A DNA stretch of 64,000 nucleotides from Candidatus Eiseniibacteriota bacterium (GTDB lineage: Bacteria; Eisenbacteria; RBG-16-71-46; CAIMUX01; VGJL01): assembly GCA_041946735.1 (NCBI GenBank), contig JBHGAY010000011.1, positions 64,001 through 128,000 on the forward strand. Reading direction: 5' to 3'. Below are positions 26,790 to 37,554 of the stretch, piece after piece. A program made the translations under genes and the position numbers. Within the stretch, counting starts at the first letter, position 1. Every line of letters begins with the position of its first letter. A model generated the notes under the pieces. The model had not been told where the DNA came from. It saw only the letters and a program-made list of their open reading frames with translations, and made no database searches.

Positions 26790-29126
26790 CTATCGACGCC
26801 GCGCCGGCCGCCGCCACGCCGCCCCTCGCCGGCCACTCCGCCCCGCCGCTCCCCGCTTGCCCGCCTTGCTTCCGATCCAGCGATCCAGCCAGGCGGCGAT
26901 GCGGCGCAGTCGCTCGATCCGGCGGTCGGGACGTCCGTCCCGGCTCATCCCGTGCGACTCCTCAGGATACCGGTGGAACTCGACCGGCACCCCCCGCGAG
27001 CGCAGCGCGGCGTAGAGCTGTTCCGCCTGCTCGATCGGGCACCGGTCGTCGCGCTCCTGATGCTCGATCAGGGTCGGCGTCTTCATCGCGTCCGCATAGG
27101 CGATCGGCGACATCGCGAGCCAGTGGGCCGGGTCGCTCCAGGCAGGCCGCCCTCCGAAGATCCGGTGCCAGTGATAGCCGAAGTCGCTCGTTCCCGCAAA
27201 GCTCATCAGGTTCGTGACGCTCCTTTGTGTCACGGCGGCGGCGAAGCGGTCGGTATGGCCGAGGATCCAGTTCGTCATATAGCCGCCGTAGCTGCCGCCA
27301 CAGACCGCGAGGCGGCGCCGGTCGATCTGCGGATAGCGGGCGAGAACCTCGTCGGTGAAGTCCATGAGGTCGGAGTAGTCCAGGCGGCCCCAGTCATCGT
27401 GAATCGCCGCCAGATGCTTCTCGGAGTAGCCGGTGCCTCCGCGCGGGTTGCAGTAAAAGACCGCATAGCCGAGCCCGGCCAGGAACTGGAATTCGTGAAA
27501 GAAGATGTTCCCGTACTGGGTGGCAGGCCCGCCGTGAATGTACAGGACGCCGGGAATCTTGCCTGGCGTGCGCGCGGTCGCGCCCGCCTTCCGGCCTCCG
27601 GCTGCGCGGCGAGCGAGGCCCGCGCCGCTCCGGCCGCCCGCGGCGCGGTCGGGCAGGAGCACCCATCCCTGGAGCTTCGCTCCTCCACGGCCGCGGAACC
27701 ACAGCTCCTCCGGAAGAGCGATCGTTCGCGCGCGCATCCAAGCGCTCCAGCGCGTCAGCGGCTCGAAGACGGAACCTTCTTGCGGCGCGGCGCCGGTCTC
27801 TTCCGCGCCCGCGCCGGAAGCTGCCGCAGCGCGCCGCCGGCGCGCCGGGCTCCGGCCGGGCGGGGGCGGCACGATCCGGTACAGCTCGCCAACGGTGGAT
27901 GGACCGGCGAACGTCGCGTAGACCGCAGGGTGTCGCCAGTCGATATCGAAGTGAAGGATCGCCCCCTTGTGGTCGATGACGCGTGCCGGCTTGCGATCGC
28001 GCACGTTCACTCGCCACAGCTCGTCGTTCCCCTCATTCGACACGAGGAAGTAGATCCACCGGCCGTCGGGAGACCAGACCGGGGGCAGGATGCCCAGCGC
28101 TCCGAAGCAGTCGCCGATCACGCTGCGATCGCAAAGACGGTCGAGCGAGTCGGTGAGCGGGACCGGGCGGCCGCCCGTCGCGGGAGCGACCCATAGCTTC
28201 ACGAAGCGCAGATCCCAGGCGAGGCTCGGATCTTCCCGCCCCATGAAGGCGATCCTTTCGCCGTCCGGGCTCAGAGAGAACTCCCCGCAATAGCCGTCGA
28301 GCAGGCGCACGCGCTCGATCGGGCCTCCGCGCGCGGGCATCCGCCAGATCTGCGAGCGCTCGAAGTCCATGTCGGGGTCGGCCGTCCGGTTGCTGTTGAA
28401 GTAGATCCACCGGCCGTCCGGAGAGAAGACCGGAATGTTTTCGGCATAACGATCGTCGCGCGTCAGCTGATGGGTCTTGCCCGACGCGACCTCGACTGTC
28501 CAGACGTGAGGGCGGCCGGGCGGCAGGAAACCGCCTCCATCGACCTTGTACAAGAGGCGATCGATCACGCGGACCCGCGGGGCATCCTGTCCCGGCTCGC
28601 CGCGCTTCTTGCGCTCCTCGCGCTCCTTCGCTTCCGGATCGGGCGAGGAGAAGACGAAGACGAGGCTCCGGCCGTCCGGGTGGAACTGGAGCCAGGAGAT
28701 GCCGCCGCCGAGCTTCGTGAGCTGCCGCGCCTCTCCCCCGTCGGTCGGGACGATCCAGATCTCCGTCTTGCCCGAGCGGTCGGATAGGAAGGCGAGGCTC
28801 TTGCCGTCGGGCGAGAAGCGGGGGGAGGTGTCCATGCCGCTGCCGCTCGTGAACGGCCGGGGAGCGCCAGCGCGGCGCGCCGCGCGTGCGGGCGACAGTC
28901 CGGCGCTTTCTCTCGCTCTGGCCGCGGCTCGGGCTCCGGCGCCGACTCCGGCTCCGGCACCGGCCGCCGCTCCCGTCGGGACCATCCAAATCTGGCTCCG
29001 CCGCTTCAGCTTTTCCGAATCGTTCTGCATCACGACGACGGCGGCCCAGCTCCCATCCGGAGAGAGGACGCACTCCCCCGGCAGCGACATCTTGTAGATG
29101 TCTTCGGCACGGATCCTTCCTGGCAT
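26790..29126 (-). CDS. S9 family peptidase (acylaminoacyl/prolyl oligopeptidase) with PD40 propeller
   Basis: SPDG repeats, IHGGP, NPRGGTGY, GGSYGGYMT, DDRCP, ESHG catalytic-triad motifs. Confidence 0.93.
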   Translation of the reverse strand: MPGRIRAEDIYKMSLPGECVLSPDGSWAAVVVMQNDSEKLKRRSQIWMVPTGAAAGAGAGVGAGARAAARARESAGLSPARAARRAGAPRPFTSGSGMDTSPRFSPDGKSLAFLSDRSGKTEIWIVPTDGGEARQLTKLGGGISWLQFHPDGRSLVFVFSSPDPEAKEREERKKRGEPGQDAPRVRVIDRLLYKVDGGGFLPPGRPHVWTVEVASGKTHQLTRDDRYAENIPVFSPDGRWIYFNSNRTADPDMDFERSQIWRMPARGGPIERVRLLDGYCGEFSLSPDGERIAFMGREDPSLAWDLRFVKLWVAPATGGRPVPLTDSLDRLCDRSVIGDCFGALGILPPVWSPDGRWIYFLVSNEGNDELWRVNVRDRKPARVIDHKGAILHFDIDWRHPAVYATFAGPSTVGELYRIVPPPPGRSPARRRRAAAASGAGAEETGAAPQEGSVFEPLTRWSAWMRARTIALPEELWFRGRGGAKLQGWVLLPDRAAGGRSGAGLARRAAGGRKAGATARTPGKIPGVLYIHGGPATQYGNIFFHEFQFLAGLGYAVFYCNPRGGTGYSEKHLAAIHDDWGRLDYSDLMDFTDEVLARYPQIDRRRLAVCGGSYGGYMTNWILGHTDRFAAAVTQRSVTNLMSFAGTSDFGYHWHRIFGGRPAWSDPAHWLAMSPIAYADAMKTPTLIEHQERDDRCPIEQAEQLYAALRSRGVPVEFHRYPEESHGMSRDGRPDRRIERLRRIAAWLDRWIGSKAGKRGAAGRSGRRGAAWRRPARRR

Positions 29127-29356
29127 TCGCAACCCCCTTCCCGAGCGATGGCGATGCGGACGTACGGCGGCCGCCGACGAGCGACGCGGCGAACAGTCCC
29201 ACGCGGCGCGCGGCAGCATCGTGCCGGCCCCGGGCGAGTGTAGGCTCGCCGCCCGGCGAGCGCCACGCAAACCGGCCTTTTCCGCCGCGGCTCGCCCTGC
29301 CAGCCGCTGCTTGCTCCTTCGCGTCTCCCTTTCGGCTCGTCGGCGCCGGTCGCATA

Positions 29357-30676
29357 ATGGTCCGCGTGCCGGAAGAAAGCGCAGCAAGGTCGGGCGGGGC
29401 CGATCTTTCCGAAGAGGCGTTGTCGCGCGCCCTTGATGGGTTGCGCGCCCTCGTCCTCGGCGGCACCGGACTGATCGGCTCGCACGTCGTTCGATCGCTC
29501 ATCCGGCGCGGGGTGCGCGTGCGGGTGCTGTCCCGAACGGGAGCGCCGGGCCCCTCCCTCGAAGGCGTGGACGTGGAGATGGTCCGCGGAAGCCTCGAGC
29601 ATCCCGCCTCGGTCGAGACGGCTCTCGACGGATGCGACCTCCTCTTTCACGCAGCCGCGCCCTATCCGACGCGCCACTTCGGGATGCAGGGGCACGTCGA
29701 TCGGGCCGTTGCCGGCATGGAAGCGCTGCTCGATGTCGCGCGCTCGCGTGTGCCGCCGGAGCTTCTCGCCTACCCGCTCCGCCGGGCGGAGCAGGTCGCG
29801 CTCGAGCAGGCCGAGATGGGAGCGAAGATCGCGCGCGTGCAGCCCGAGCGACTCGAGGAGATCCGGAGGGCGGTGCGCGACCCCGAGCTGCTTTCGCTGG
29901 CCGAAGCGGGACGGTTGAACGCCTCGCTCCACCCGCCCCTCGAAGCCTGCCGCCCCCTCGCCGGCTTGAAGCGGATCGTCTACACGAGCAGCCTGACGAC
30001 GATCGGCCGCGCGAGGGGCACCGAGCCCGGCAGCCCGCGACGGCGTGATTCGCGCGAGGAGGACTTCTACGACCTCGCCCCCGATCCTTCCCCCTACTTC
30101 GCATGCAAGCGGCTGCTGGAGACGATCGCCTTGCGCGCGGCGAACGAGGGGCTGCCGCTGGTCGTGGTGAACCCGACCCTCGTGGTCGGCGAGGGAGACT
30201 CGCATGGGACCACCGCGCGCTTGATCCTGCCGGTCGCGCGCGGGCGAGTACCCTTCTACCTCGCCGGGGCGATCCAAGCTGTCGCGGCGGGTGACGTCGG
30301 AGAGGGAGAGGTGCGCGCAGCGGCCTTCGGCAGGACGGGACAGCGCTACATCCTCGGCGGGGATGCGATCGGCGGCCGGCGATTCCTGTCGATGATCGCC
30401 CAGGCGGCCGGCCGGCGCGGGCCGTGGATCCCGCTTCCCTGGTGGATCGTCGAGCCGTTCGCGTATGCAACCGAGGTCATCGCCCGCCTGCGCGGCGACG
30501 TCTGGCCGGCGCTGCCGGTCCATGGGATCAAGATGCTGCGAGAAGCCCCGCTGGTGGATCCTTCGCGGAGCCGGACGGAACTCGGCGCGCCACATACCCC
30601 CGTGCAGGAGGCGATACGGCGCGCCGTCGAGTGGTTCCGAGAGCGGGGGACGTTGCCGCGGCCGCGCGGCCGTTGA
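29357..30676 (+). CDS. NAD-dependent epimerase/dehydratase (dihydroflavonol-reductase/HpnA-like)
   Basis: VLGGTGLIGSH, FHAAA, YTSS, YFACK (YxxxK), VNPTLVVG, GQRYILGG. Start uncertain. Confidence 0.85.
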   Translation: MVRVPEESAARSGGADLSEEALSRALDGLRALVLGGTGLIGSHVVRSLIRRGVRVRVLSRTGAPGPSLEGVDVEMVRGSLEHPASVETALDGCDLLFHAAAPYPTRHFGMQGHVDRAVAGMEALLDVARSRVPPELLAYPLRRAEQVALEQAEMGAKIARVQPERLEEIRRAVRDPELLSLAEAGRLNASLHPPLEACRPLAGLKRIVYTSSLTTIGRARGTEPGSPRRRDSREEDFYDLAPDPSPYFACKRLLETIALRAANEGLPLVVVNPTLVVGEGDSHGTTARLILPVARGRVPFYLAGAIQAVAAGDVGEGEVRAAAFGRTGQRYILGGDAIGGRRFLSMIAQAAGRRGPWIPLPWWIVEPFAYATEVIARLRGDVWPALPVHGIKMLREAPLVDPSRSRTELGAPHTPVQEAIRRAVEWFRERGTLPRPRGR

Positions 30677-30737
30677 CATGGCGGCGCGCCGCTGTCGCTC
30701 GCGCCGTTGTCGCCGGCCGCCGCCCCCGTTCGCGAGG

Positions 30738-31235
30738 TTATCGCCGGCCGCCGTCCCCTGGACGCACCCGGCCGGTCGGATCATAGTCAGACGTCGGATT
30801 CGTGACCCCGGGCGAGATCCCGTGCGTGCGAGACTCGCTCCGGCGGCTCGGACTCGAGCCGATCGCGATCTCGTCGTCCGGCTCCCAGTACGGCTGCATG
30901 CGATAGTAGTCGTGGATGTCTCGGGACCATTGCGGGTCCGCCATGTCGGGCCAGTCGTCCTTGTCGAACCCGGGCGCTCTCTCGAGAATCTCCTTGTCGA
31001 CGTTCAGCAGGAACGCATGCTCCTCGGGGAGCAGCTGGAGAGCTTTCCAGGGGATCGCGAACAGCTTGTCTCCCATACCGAGGAAGCCGCCAAACGACAG
31101 GACGGCGTATGCGATGCGCCCTCTCTGCGTGTCGAACATGATCTCCTCGATCTTGCCGAGTGTGTCTCCCGCCGGGTTTCGCACTTTGTCGCCGATCATG
31201 GTGCTCGCTGAAAGAACTCGTGCGTCGCTCTTCAT
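30738..31235 (-). CDS. PRC-barrel domain protein
   Basis: SASTMIGDKVRN..G..LGKIEEIM.D...GRIAYAVLSFGGFLGMGDKLFAIPW; GGAGGAGG RBS. Confidence 0.92.
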   Translation of the reverse strand: MKSDARVLSASTMIGDKVRNPAGDTLGKIEEIMFDTQRGRIAYAVLSFGGFLGMGDKLFAIPWKALQLLPEEHAFLLNVDKEILERAPGFDKDDWPDMADPQWSRDIHDYYRMQPYWEPDDEIAIGSSPSRRSESRTHGISPGVTNPTSDYDPTGRVRPGDGGRR

Positions 31236-31730
31236 CGCCTCCTCCTTTCGCTGTCTTTCGCTGTCTTTCGCTTTCCGTCGCTTCGATTTGACTCCTCAAG
31301 ACCGAACGTATCGTTCCGCCTCGCCGAGGAGAAGTTCCACGCGATGAAGAAAGTTTCAGGCGCGGAACCGGCCACGTGAAACGCGCCGCAGTCGACGGTG
31401 TCGCACGACGGTTCTCGACGAAGGTTTTCGGCGAGGGAGGGCCGCCTCCCTGCGATTGGCGGTCCGCCTCCGGCTCGCGGGCTGTACGATTCGAGCAGGG
31501 GTCCTAGGGACTCGGACGTTTCGACTCGGCGGCCGTGCCGCATTTGCGACACTCCGAACATTCGATGGACGTTCGAGCAGCGGCCGCAACTCCGCGGTCC
31601 GCGCGTTCGAGTACAGACCGCAGGCGGGCTGCATCCTGGAAGACAGGCGCGGGCCGCATCGCCTGGAAGACAGCGAGCGGCACGCCGGCCGAGCCGCATC
31701 GCGATCACAGGCGGCAACCGGGAGGCGACG

Positions 31731-31889
31731 ATGGACGTTCTGCGTGTGATCTTCGCGATCCTGCTCCCGCCGCTTGGCGTCTTTCTCCAGGTCGGCCTGG
31801 GAAAGCAATTCTGGTTGAACGTTCTTCTGACGTTGCTCGGATACATCCCGGGGATCGTCCATGCCATCTGGATCATCGCCACGCGGTAA
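31731..31889 (+). CDS. YqaE/Pmp3 family small membrane protein
   Basis: AILLPPLGVFL...FWLNVLLTLLGYIPGIVHAIWII; GGAGG RBS. Confidence 0.93.
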   Translation: MDVLRVIFAILLPPLGVFLQVGLGKQFWLNVLLTLLGYIPGIVHAIWIIATR

Positions 31890-31970
31890 CCCGCCCGGCG
31901 CTCGAGTCCCGGGAATGGGGGTGCGTCGCGGCCGGCGGCCGCGGCAAGGCGAGCTCGAGAGGACGAGCCG

Positions 31971-33029
31971 ATGAAGCATGTGCTGGGCGAGGTCTGGGAT
32001 GCGGTCCGGCTGACCTTTTCCGATTTCTTCCGGGATCACGCGACGCGATTGAGCGCCGCGCTCGCGTTCTACACCGTGTTCGCTCTGGCCCCGATGCTGG
32101 TGATCGTCATCGCCATCGCCGGCCGGGTCTTCGGAGCCGATGCGGTACGTGGGCAGGTCGTCGGCCAGTTCGGGTCGCTGATCGGCGAGGGCCCGGCGCG
32201 GCAGGTGGAGGAGATGGTCGTCCAGGCGAGCGCTCCGAAGACGAGCCTGATCGCCACGATTCTCGGCGTGGCGACCCTTCTGCTCGGCGCGACCGGTGTG
32301 TTCCTGCAGCTCAAGGGCGCGCTGAACGCCGTCTGGGAGGTCGTGCCGCGGACTGGCGGGGGCATCCTGCGGATGCTCCGCGACCGCGCCCTCGCTCTGG
32401 CGATGCTGATGGGGGTCGCGTTCCTCCTCCTCGTCACTCTCGTGCTCAGCGCGGCCCTCGCGGCGGTCGGAGAGTGGGCGGCCGACCTGATGCCGGTCTC
32501 CCTTCCGGTTCTGCAGATCGGCAACTTCCTCCTGTCGTTCCTGGTCATCACCTTCCTCTTCGGGATGATCTACAAGCTGCTCCCCGACTCGAAGATCGCT
32601 TGGAAGGACGTCTGGGTGGGAGCGGCCGTCACCTCGTTCCTCTTTTCGATCGGGAAGACCCTGATCGGTCTCTATCTCGGCCGCTCGAGCCTCTCCTCGG
32701 TCTACGGAGCGGCCGGGTCGTTCGCGATCCTGCTGACCTGGATCTACTACTCCGCGGCGATCTTCCTCCTCGGCGCCGAGTTCACGCAGGTCTACGCGAG
32801 GAAGTGGGGAACCCACGCCGTGCGGGCTCCGGGAACGCGGCCGCGCTCGGAAGAGCTGCACGATGGCGAGCGCGGGGACGATCCAGGCCGCGGAGGGAGA
32901 GCGGAGCCGCCTCGCTGGTCGACCTCGGGAGGGGCGGCCACGCGGGCGCCGCAAGGCGCGGCGCCGAGGGCGACGCAGGGCACGGCGACGCGGCCGACCA
33001 ACCCTGCGGCGCACGGCCGGCGTCGCTGA
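31971..33029 (+). CDS. YihY/virulence factor BrkB family membrane protein
   Basis: SAALAFYTVFALAP, LNAVW, YGAAGS, WIYYSA.IFLLGAEF. Confidence 0.92.
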   Translation: MKHVLGEVWDAVRLTFSDFFRDHATRLSAALAFYTVFALAPMLVIVIAIAGRVFGADAVRGQVVGQFGSLIGEGPARQVEEMVVQASAPKTSLIATILGVATLLLGATGVFLQLKGALNAVWEVVPRTGGGILRMLRDRALALAMLMGVAFLLLVTLVLSAALAAVGEWAADLMPVSLPVLQIGNFLLSFLVITFLFGMIYKLLPDSKIAWKDVWVGAAVTSFLFSIGKTLIGLYLGRSSLSSVYGAAGSFAILLTWIYYSAAIFLLGAEFTQVYARKWGTHAVRAPGTRPRSEELHDGERGDDPGRGGRAEPPRWSTSGGAATRAPQGAAPRATQGTATRPTNPAAHGRRR

Positions 33030-33032
33030 TAC

Positions 33033-34001
33033 CTAGAGACGGGGCGTCTCTTGCCGGAACCGGTCGATCTCTTCGAGCGTCCTCGGGAGAGCGGCGCGGC
33101 CGCCGAGCCCGCGGCAGCTCATTGCGGCGATCGCGTTCGCGAAGTCGATCGACTCTTCGAGCCCGCGACCGAGCAGGCAGGCGGCCGCGAAGCCCGCGTG
33201 GAAGACGTCCCCGGCTCCGGTGGTGTCGATCGCGTTCACGCGATAGGCGGGGAAGTCCCGGGCTTCGCCCGCGATCCACGCCGTCGCCCCTCGCGCCCCG
33301 CGCGTCACCACGATGAGGCCTCCGGCCGTCTTCTCGTGAAGGCGGGCGATGCCGAGCGCGAGATCCGAGGTTCCGGCGACGAGCGGGAGGAACGATGCGG
33401 GAGAGATCAGAATGTCGAGGCGGGGCAGGAGCTCCTCCAAGCCTTCGCGAACGTCCTCGATGTCGGCGAGGACCGGCATGCCGGCCTGGTGGGCGAGGTC
33501 GGCGGCCGCCGCAGCGGCGCGCGGGTTCTGTCCGTCGGTGAAGAGAAGCCGTCCCGTCGCGATCGACTCAGACCGGACCTCCTCGGGCTCGATCGGGATT
33601 CCCTCGCCGCGGCCCCACAACACCGTCCGCTCCCCGCTCTTCTCGTCGATCAGGATGATCGCCTTCTGCGTCATCCTCCCGGGACGGACGAGCACGCCGG
33701 AGCAGTCGACGCCCTCCGCTTCGAGCGACGCGACGTTCGCCGCTCCGTCGGCATCGTCGCCGACACCACCCAGGTAGCGTGTGCGGAACCCCAGGCGCGC
33801 GAGGGCCACCATCGGCGTCGCCGTGCGGCCTCCTCCGCCGGAGCCGTACCGCGAGAACCGGACCTTCTGCCCCGGCTCGGGAAACCGCGGCAGGACGAGC
33901 AGGTGGTCGGCCGCGTTCCCGCCGAGGCCGACGACGTCGAACGACCTCGACTCTCGATCGGGAAGCGGCGGAGGGAACGGCAGCTTCAACGCATCCCTCA
34001 T
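33033..34001 (-). CDS. PfkB family carbohydrate kinase
   Basis: GGVGDD, VTRGARG, DTTGAGDVF; ATGA-coupled to gnd. Confidence 0.9.
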   Translation of the reverse strand: MRDALKLPFPPPLPDRESRSFDVVGLGGNAADHLLVLPRFPEPGQKVRFSRYGSGGGGRTATPMVALARLGFRTRYLGGVGDDADGAANVASLEAEGVDCSGVLVRPGRMTQKAIILIDEKSGERTVLWGRGEGIPIEPEEVRSESIATGRLLFTDGQNPRAAAAAADLAHQAGMPVLADIEDVREGLEELLPRLDILISPASFLPLVAGTSDLALGIARLHEKTAGGLIVVTRGARGATAWIAGEARDFPAYRVNAIDTTGAGDVFHAGFAAACLLGRGLEESIDFANAIAAMSCRGLGGRAALPRTLEEIDRFRQETPRL

Positions 34002-35482
34002 CGCGTCTCGCTCGCTCCCCGCTCCCCGGTCTGCTCGATCCCGAGCCAGTCTGTGTGGAGCGGTGCTTCCCCGGGACGGTCCGCCCTCTCGTAGCCGTGG
34101 GCCCCGAAAGCGTCGCGCTGCGCCTGCGTGAGATTCTGCGGCAGCCGCGGCGACCGGTAGGCGTCGAAATAGGCGAGGCTCGCGGACAGAGCCGGAACCG
34201 GGATCTCGAGCGACACCGCCGAGCGCACCGTCTCGCGGAGATCGCCGTGGGCTCCCTCCATCCGCTCGCGAATCTCGGGATCGAGCAGGAGGTTCTCGAG
34301 GTCCGGATTCTGCGCATAGGCGCGGAGCATCACGTCGAGGAAACGAGCGCGGATGATGCATCCTCCCTTCCAGATCCTCGCCGTCTCACGGAGCGGAACG
34401 TTCCAGCCGCGCTCGATCGAAGCGGCACGGATCACGTTCATCCCCTGCGCGTAGCAGCAGATCTTCGCGGCATACAGGGCCGAGCCGATCCGGCGGAGCG
34501 TCTCTTCCCGGTCATCGAGCCGGAGATCCCAGGTGGACTGCGGATAGAGGCCGGCCGCAGCGATCCGCTCCTCCTTCCGGCTCGACAGAATCCGCGCGTC
34601 GACGGCCGCGGCGATCGTCGGCGCAGGGACCCCAAGCTCGCTCGCCGCCTCGACCGCCCAGCGTCCCGTTCCCTTCTGGCCGGCGCGATCGTCGACAAGA
34701 TCGACGAGCGGCCTGCCGGTTTCCGAGTCGCGCACGGTCAGGAGCTTCGAGGTCAGATCGATCAGGAAGGATTCCAACGGTCCTTCGTTCCAGCGGGCGA
34801 ACGCCTCGGACGCCTCGCCCGCATCCAGTCCGATCGCGCGGCGCAGCAGATCGTACACCTCGGCGATCAGCTGCATGTCTCCGTACTCGATTCCGTTGTG
34901 CACCATCTTGACGAAATGTCCTGCGCCGTCCGGGCCGAGCAGCGCCGCACAAGGACCCATCTCCGTCTTCGCGGCAATCGCCTCGAAGGCCGGCCGGATC
35001 TTCTCGTACGCTCCGGCCTCTCCTCCCGCCATCAGCGACGGGCCGCTACGCGCGCCGTCCTCCCCACCCGAGACGCCGCATCCGATCAGCTCGATTCCGG
35101 CCGGCGCGATCGCCTCCTGGCGCCGGATCGTGTCGGGATACCAGGAATTGCCGCCGTCGATCACGACATCGCCGGGATCGAGGAGCCCGCGGAGCTGGCC
35201 GAGCACCGAGTCGACCGGCTCGCCCGCCCGGATCATGATCAGGATTCTCCGGGGGCGCTCGATCGACGCGACGAAGGCGCCGAGATCGCCGTTCGGGACG
35301 AAGCCGCCGCCGGGGTTCTCGGACGTGAAGCGTGTGATCAGGTCGCTCGTGACGTTCCAGACGGCGACCGTCTCACCATGATCGTGAAGGTTCAGGGCGA
35401 GGTTCGAGCCCATCACCCCGAGGCCGACCACCCCGAAAGTCGCCTTCTCGCCGTTTGCCGCGGCGCGCGCGCCGGATGCCAT
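33998..35482 (-). CDS. gnd: 6-phosphogluconate dehydrogenase, decarboxylating
   Basis: GLGVMGSNLALN, IDGGNS, VSGGEDGA, GHFVKMVHNGIEYGDMQ, QAQRDAFGAH. Confidence 0.96.
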   Translation of the reverse strand: MASGARAAANGEKATFGVVGLGVMGSNLALNLHDHGETVAVWNVTSDLITRFTSENPGGGFVPNGDLGAFVASIERPRRILIMIRAGEPVDSVLGQLRGLLDPGDVVIDGGNSWYPDTIRRQEAIAPAGIELIGCGVSGGEDGARSGPSLMAGGEAGAYEKIRPAFEAIAAKTEMGPCAALLGPDGAGHFVKMVHNGIEYGDMQLIAEVYDLLRRAIGLDAGEASEAFARWNEGPLESFLIDLTSKLLTVRDSETGRPLVDLVDDRAGQKGTGRWAVEAASELGVPAPTIAAAVDARILSSRKEERIAAAGLYPQSTWDLRLDDREETLRRIGSALYAAKICCYAQGMNVIRAASIERGWNVPLRETARIWKGGCIIRARFLDVMLRAYAQNPDLENLLLDPEIRERMEGAHGDLRETVRSAVSLEIPVPALSASLAYFDAYRSPRLPQNLTQAQRDAFGAHGYERADRPGEAPLHTDWLGIEQTGERGASETR

Positions 35483-37554
35483 CACCGCTCTCCGCGCTCG
35501 TTGGCCGGCGCACTGCGCTGGCCGCCGGCAGGGGACGATGCGCCGAGCAGCCCTCGGACGGCTGAGGCGACGCGCTCCCCGGTGAAACCGAGTCGCTCCA
35601 TGTTCACCTCGCCCGGCGCCGAGGAGCCAAAGCGGTCGATGCCGATGGCGACGCCGCGCGAGCCGATCCAGCGCGACCAGCCGAGCGTGGCTCCCGCTTC
35701 GACCGAGACGCGCGCGTCGATCGACGGAGGGAGAACGGAATCCCGGTACGCTTGCGTCTGCGCCTCGAACGCCTCCCAGCACGGCATCGAGACCACCCGC
35801 ACCCCGATCCCCTCCTTTCGCAGGATCTCCCGTCCTTCGAGCGCGACCGCGACCTCCGAGCCGGTGGCGAGCACGATGGCGCGCGCCGGCGCCGGATCCG
35901 CTTCGGCAAGGACGTAGGCGCCACGCTCGACTCCTTCGGCGCCTCCGCCCCCCGCGGATCGATCGAGCACCGGGACGTTCTGGCGGGTCAGCACGAGCCC
36001 GGTCGGCCCGCCGGTTCGCTGGATCGCCAGCTTCCATGCCTCGCGCGTCTCGTTGGCGTCGGCCGGCCGCACGAGCCACACGTTCGGGATCGCGCGGATC
36101 GACATCAGCTGCTCGATCGGCTGATGCGTGGGTCCGTCCTCTCCCAAGCCGATCGAATCATGCGTCCAGACCCAGGAGACGGGAAGCTGCGAAAGCGCCG
36201 CCAGGCGCAGCGCGGGGCGCATGTAGTCGGAGAACGCGAAGAAGGTCGCGACGTAGGGATGCACTCCGCCGTGATAGGCGATGCCGTTGGCGATCCCCGC
36301 CATCGCGTGCTCCCGCACGCCGAAATGGATGTTGCGTCCCGCTCCCGTCCGGCCGTCGAAGTCGGGCGCTTCCGCCACGCCGGTCTTGGTCGAGGTGGAG
36401 AGGTCGGCGTCGCCGCCGAGGATCCAGGGGATCTTGCGGACGAGAGCGTTCAGCACTTTGCCCCCCGCCGACCGCGTTGCGACCGATTCGCCCGGTTTCC
36501 ACGAGGGGAGATCCGCGTCCCAACCGGCGGGAAGCTGACGCGCCAGCGCGAGCTCCCACTCCTTCGCCGGATCCGGGTTCTTCGCCTTCCACTCGTCGAA
36601 CGCGCGCCGCCACGCCGCGTGGCGCTCCTGCCCTTCGCGACGCAGCTCGTCGAAGCGCCGCTGCGCCTCCTCCGGCACGAAGAACGCGCGATCCGGATCC
36701 CAGCCGAGGTTCTGCTTCGTCGCCCGGACCTCGTCGGGGCCGAGCGGGGAACCGTGAGCCTCCGAAGTCCCCTGCTTATGAGGAGCGCCGAATCCGATCG
36801 TGGTGCGGACGATCACGAGCGACGGGCGGTCGGTTTCGGCCATGCCCGCGGCGATCGCGCGGTCGATCCCCTCGAGATCGTGATCGCCGTCCTCCACGCG
36901 CAGCACGCGCCATCCGTACGCCTCGTAACGCTGTCCGACGTCCTCCGTGAAGGCGAGGGACGTCGGCCCGTCGAGCGACACGTGATTTGCGTCGTAGAGG
37001 ACGAGGAGTCGCGAGAGCCCGAGATGGCCCGCGAGCGACGAAGCTTCGCCCGAGACCCCCTCCATCATGTCGCCGTCGGAGGCGATCACGAAGGTGCGGT
37101 GCCCGACGATCTCCTTACCGGGACGGTTGTAGCGATGCGCGAGGAACCGCTCGGCGATCGCCATCCCGACCGCATTCGTCAGCCCCTGGCCGAGCGGGCC
37201 GGTCGTCGCCTCGACGCCCGGCGTCGCATGCACTTCGGGATGCCCCGGCGTGCGCGAGCCCCATTGGCGGAACGACTTCAGATCGTCCAGCGTGAGGCCG
37301 TATCCGCTCAGGTAGAGCAGCGAGTAGAGGAGCATGCTCCCGTGACCCGCCGAGAGGACGAAGCGGTCACGATCGGGCCACTTCGGGTCGGCCGGATCGT
37401 GGCGGAGATGGCGCGACCAGAGGACCCAGGCCATCGGGGCGGCGCCAAGAGGCAGGCCGGGGTGCCCCGAGTTCGCCTTTTCCACCGCGTCGATCGAAAG
37501 GGTGCGGAGCGTGTCGATGCAGAGGCGATCGAGATCGTCGAACGGTCCGTTCAT
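35482..37554 (-). CDS. tkt: Transketolase
   Basis: [54 protein letters not shown]. Confidence 0.97.
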   Translation of the reverse strand: MNGPFDDLDRLCIDTLRTLSIDAVEKANSGHPGLPLGAAPMAWVLWSRHLRHDPADPKWPDRDRFVLSAGHGSMLLYSLLYLSGYGLTLDDLKSFRQWGSRTPGHPEVHATPGVEATTGPLGQGLTNAVGMAIAERFLAHRYNRPGKEIVGHRTFVIASDGDMMEGVSGEASSLAGHLGLSRLLVLYDANHVSLDGPTSLAFTEDVGQRYEAYGWRVLRVEDGDHDLEGIDRAIAAGMAETDRPSLVIVRTTIGFGAPHKQGTSEAHGSPLGPDEVRATKQNLGWDPDRAFFVPEEAQRRFDELRREGQERHAAWRRAFDEWKAKNPDPAKEWELALARQLPAGWDADLPSWKPGESVATRSAGGKVLNALVRKIPWILGGDADLSTSTKTGVAEAPDFDGRTGAGRNIHFGVREHAMAGIANGIAYHGGVHPYVATFFAFSDYMRPALRLAALSQLPVSWVWTHDSIGLGEDGPTHQPIEQLMSIRAIPNVWLVRPADANETREAWKLAIQRTGGPTGLVLTRQNVPVLDRSAGGGGAEGVERGAYVLAEADPAPARAIVLATGSEVAVALEGREILRKEGIGVRVVSMPCWEAFEAQTQAYRDSVLPPSIDARVSVEAGATLGWSRWIGSRGVAIGIDRFGSSAPGEVNMERLGFTGERVASAVRGLLGASSPAGGQRSAPANERGER

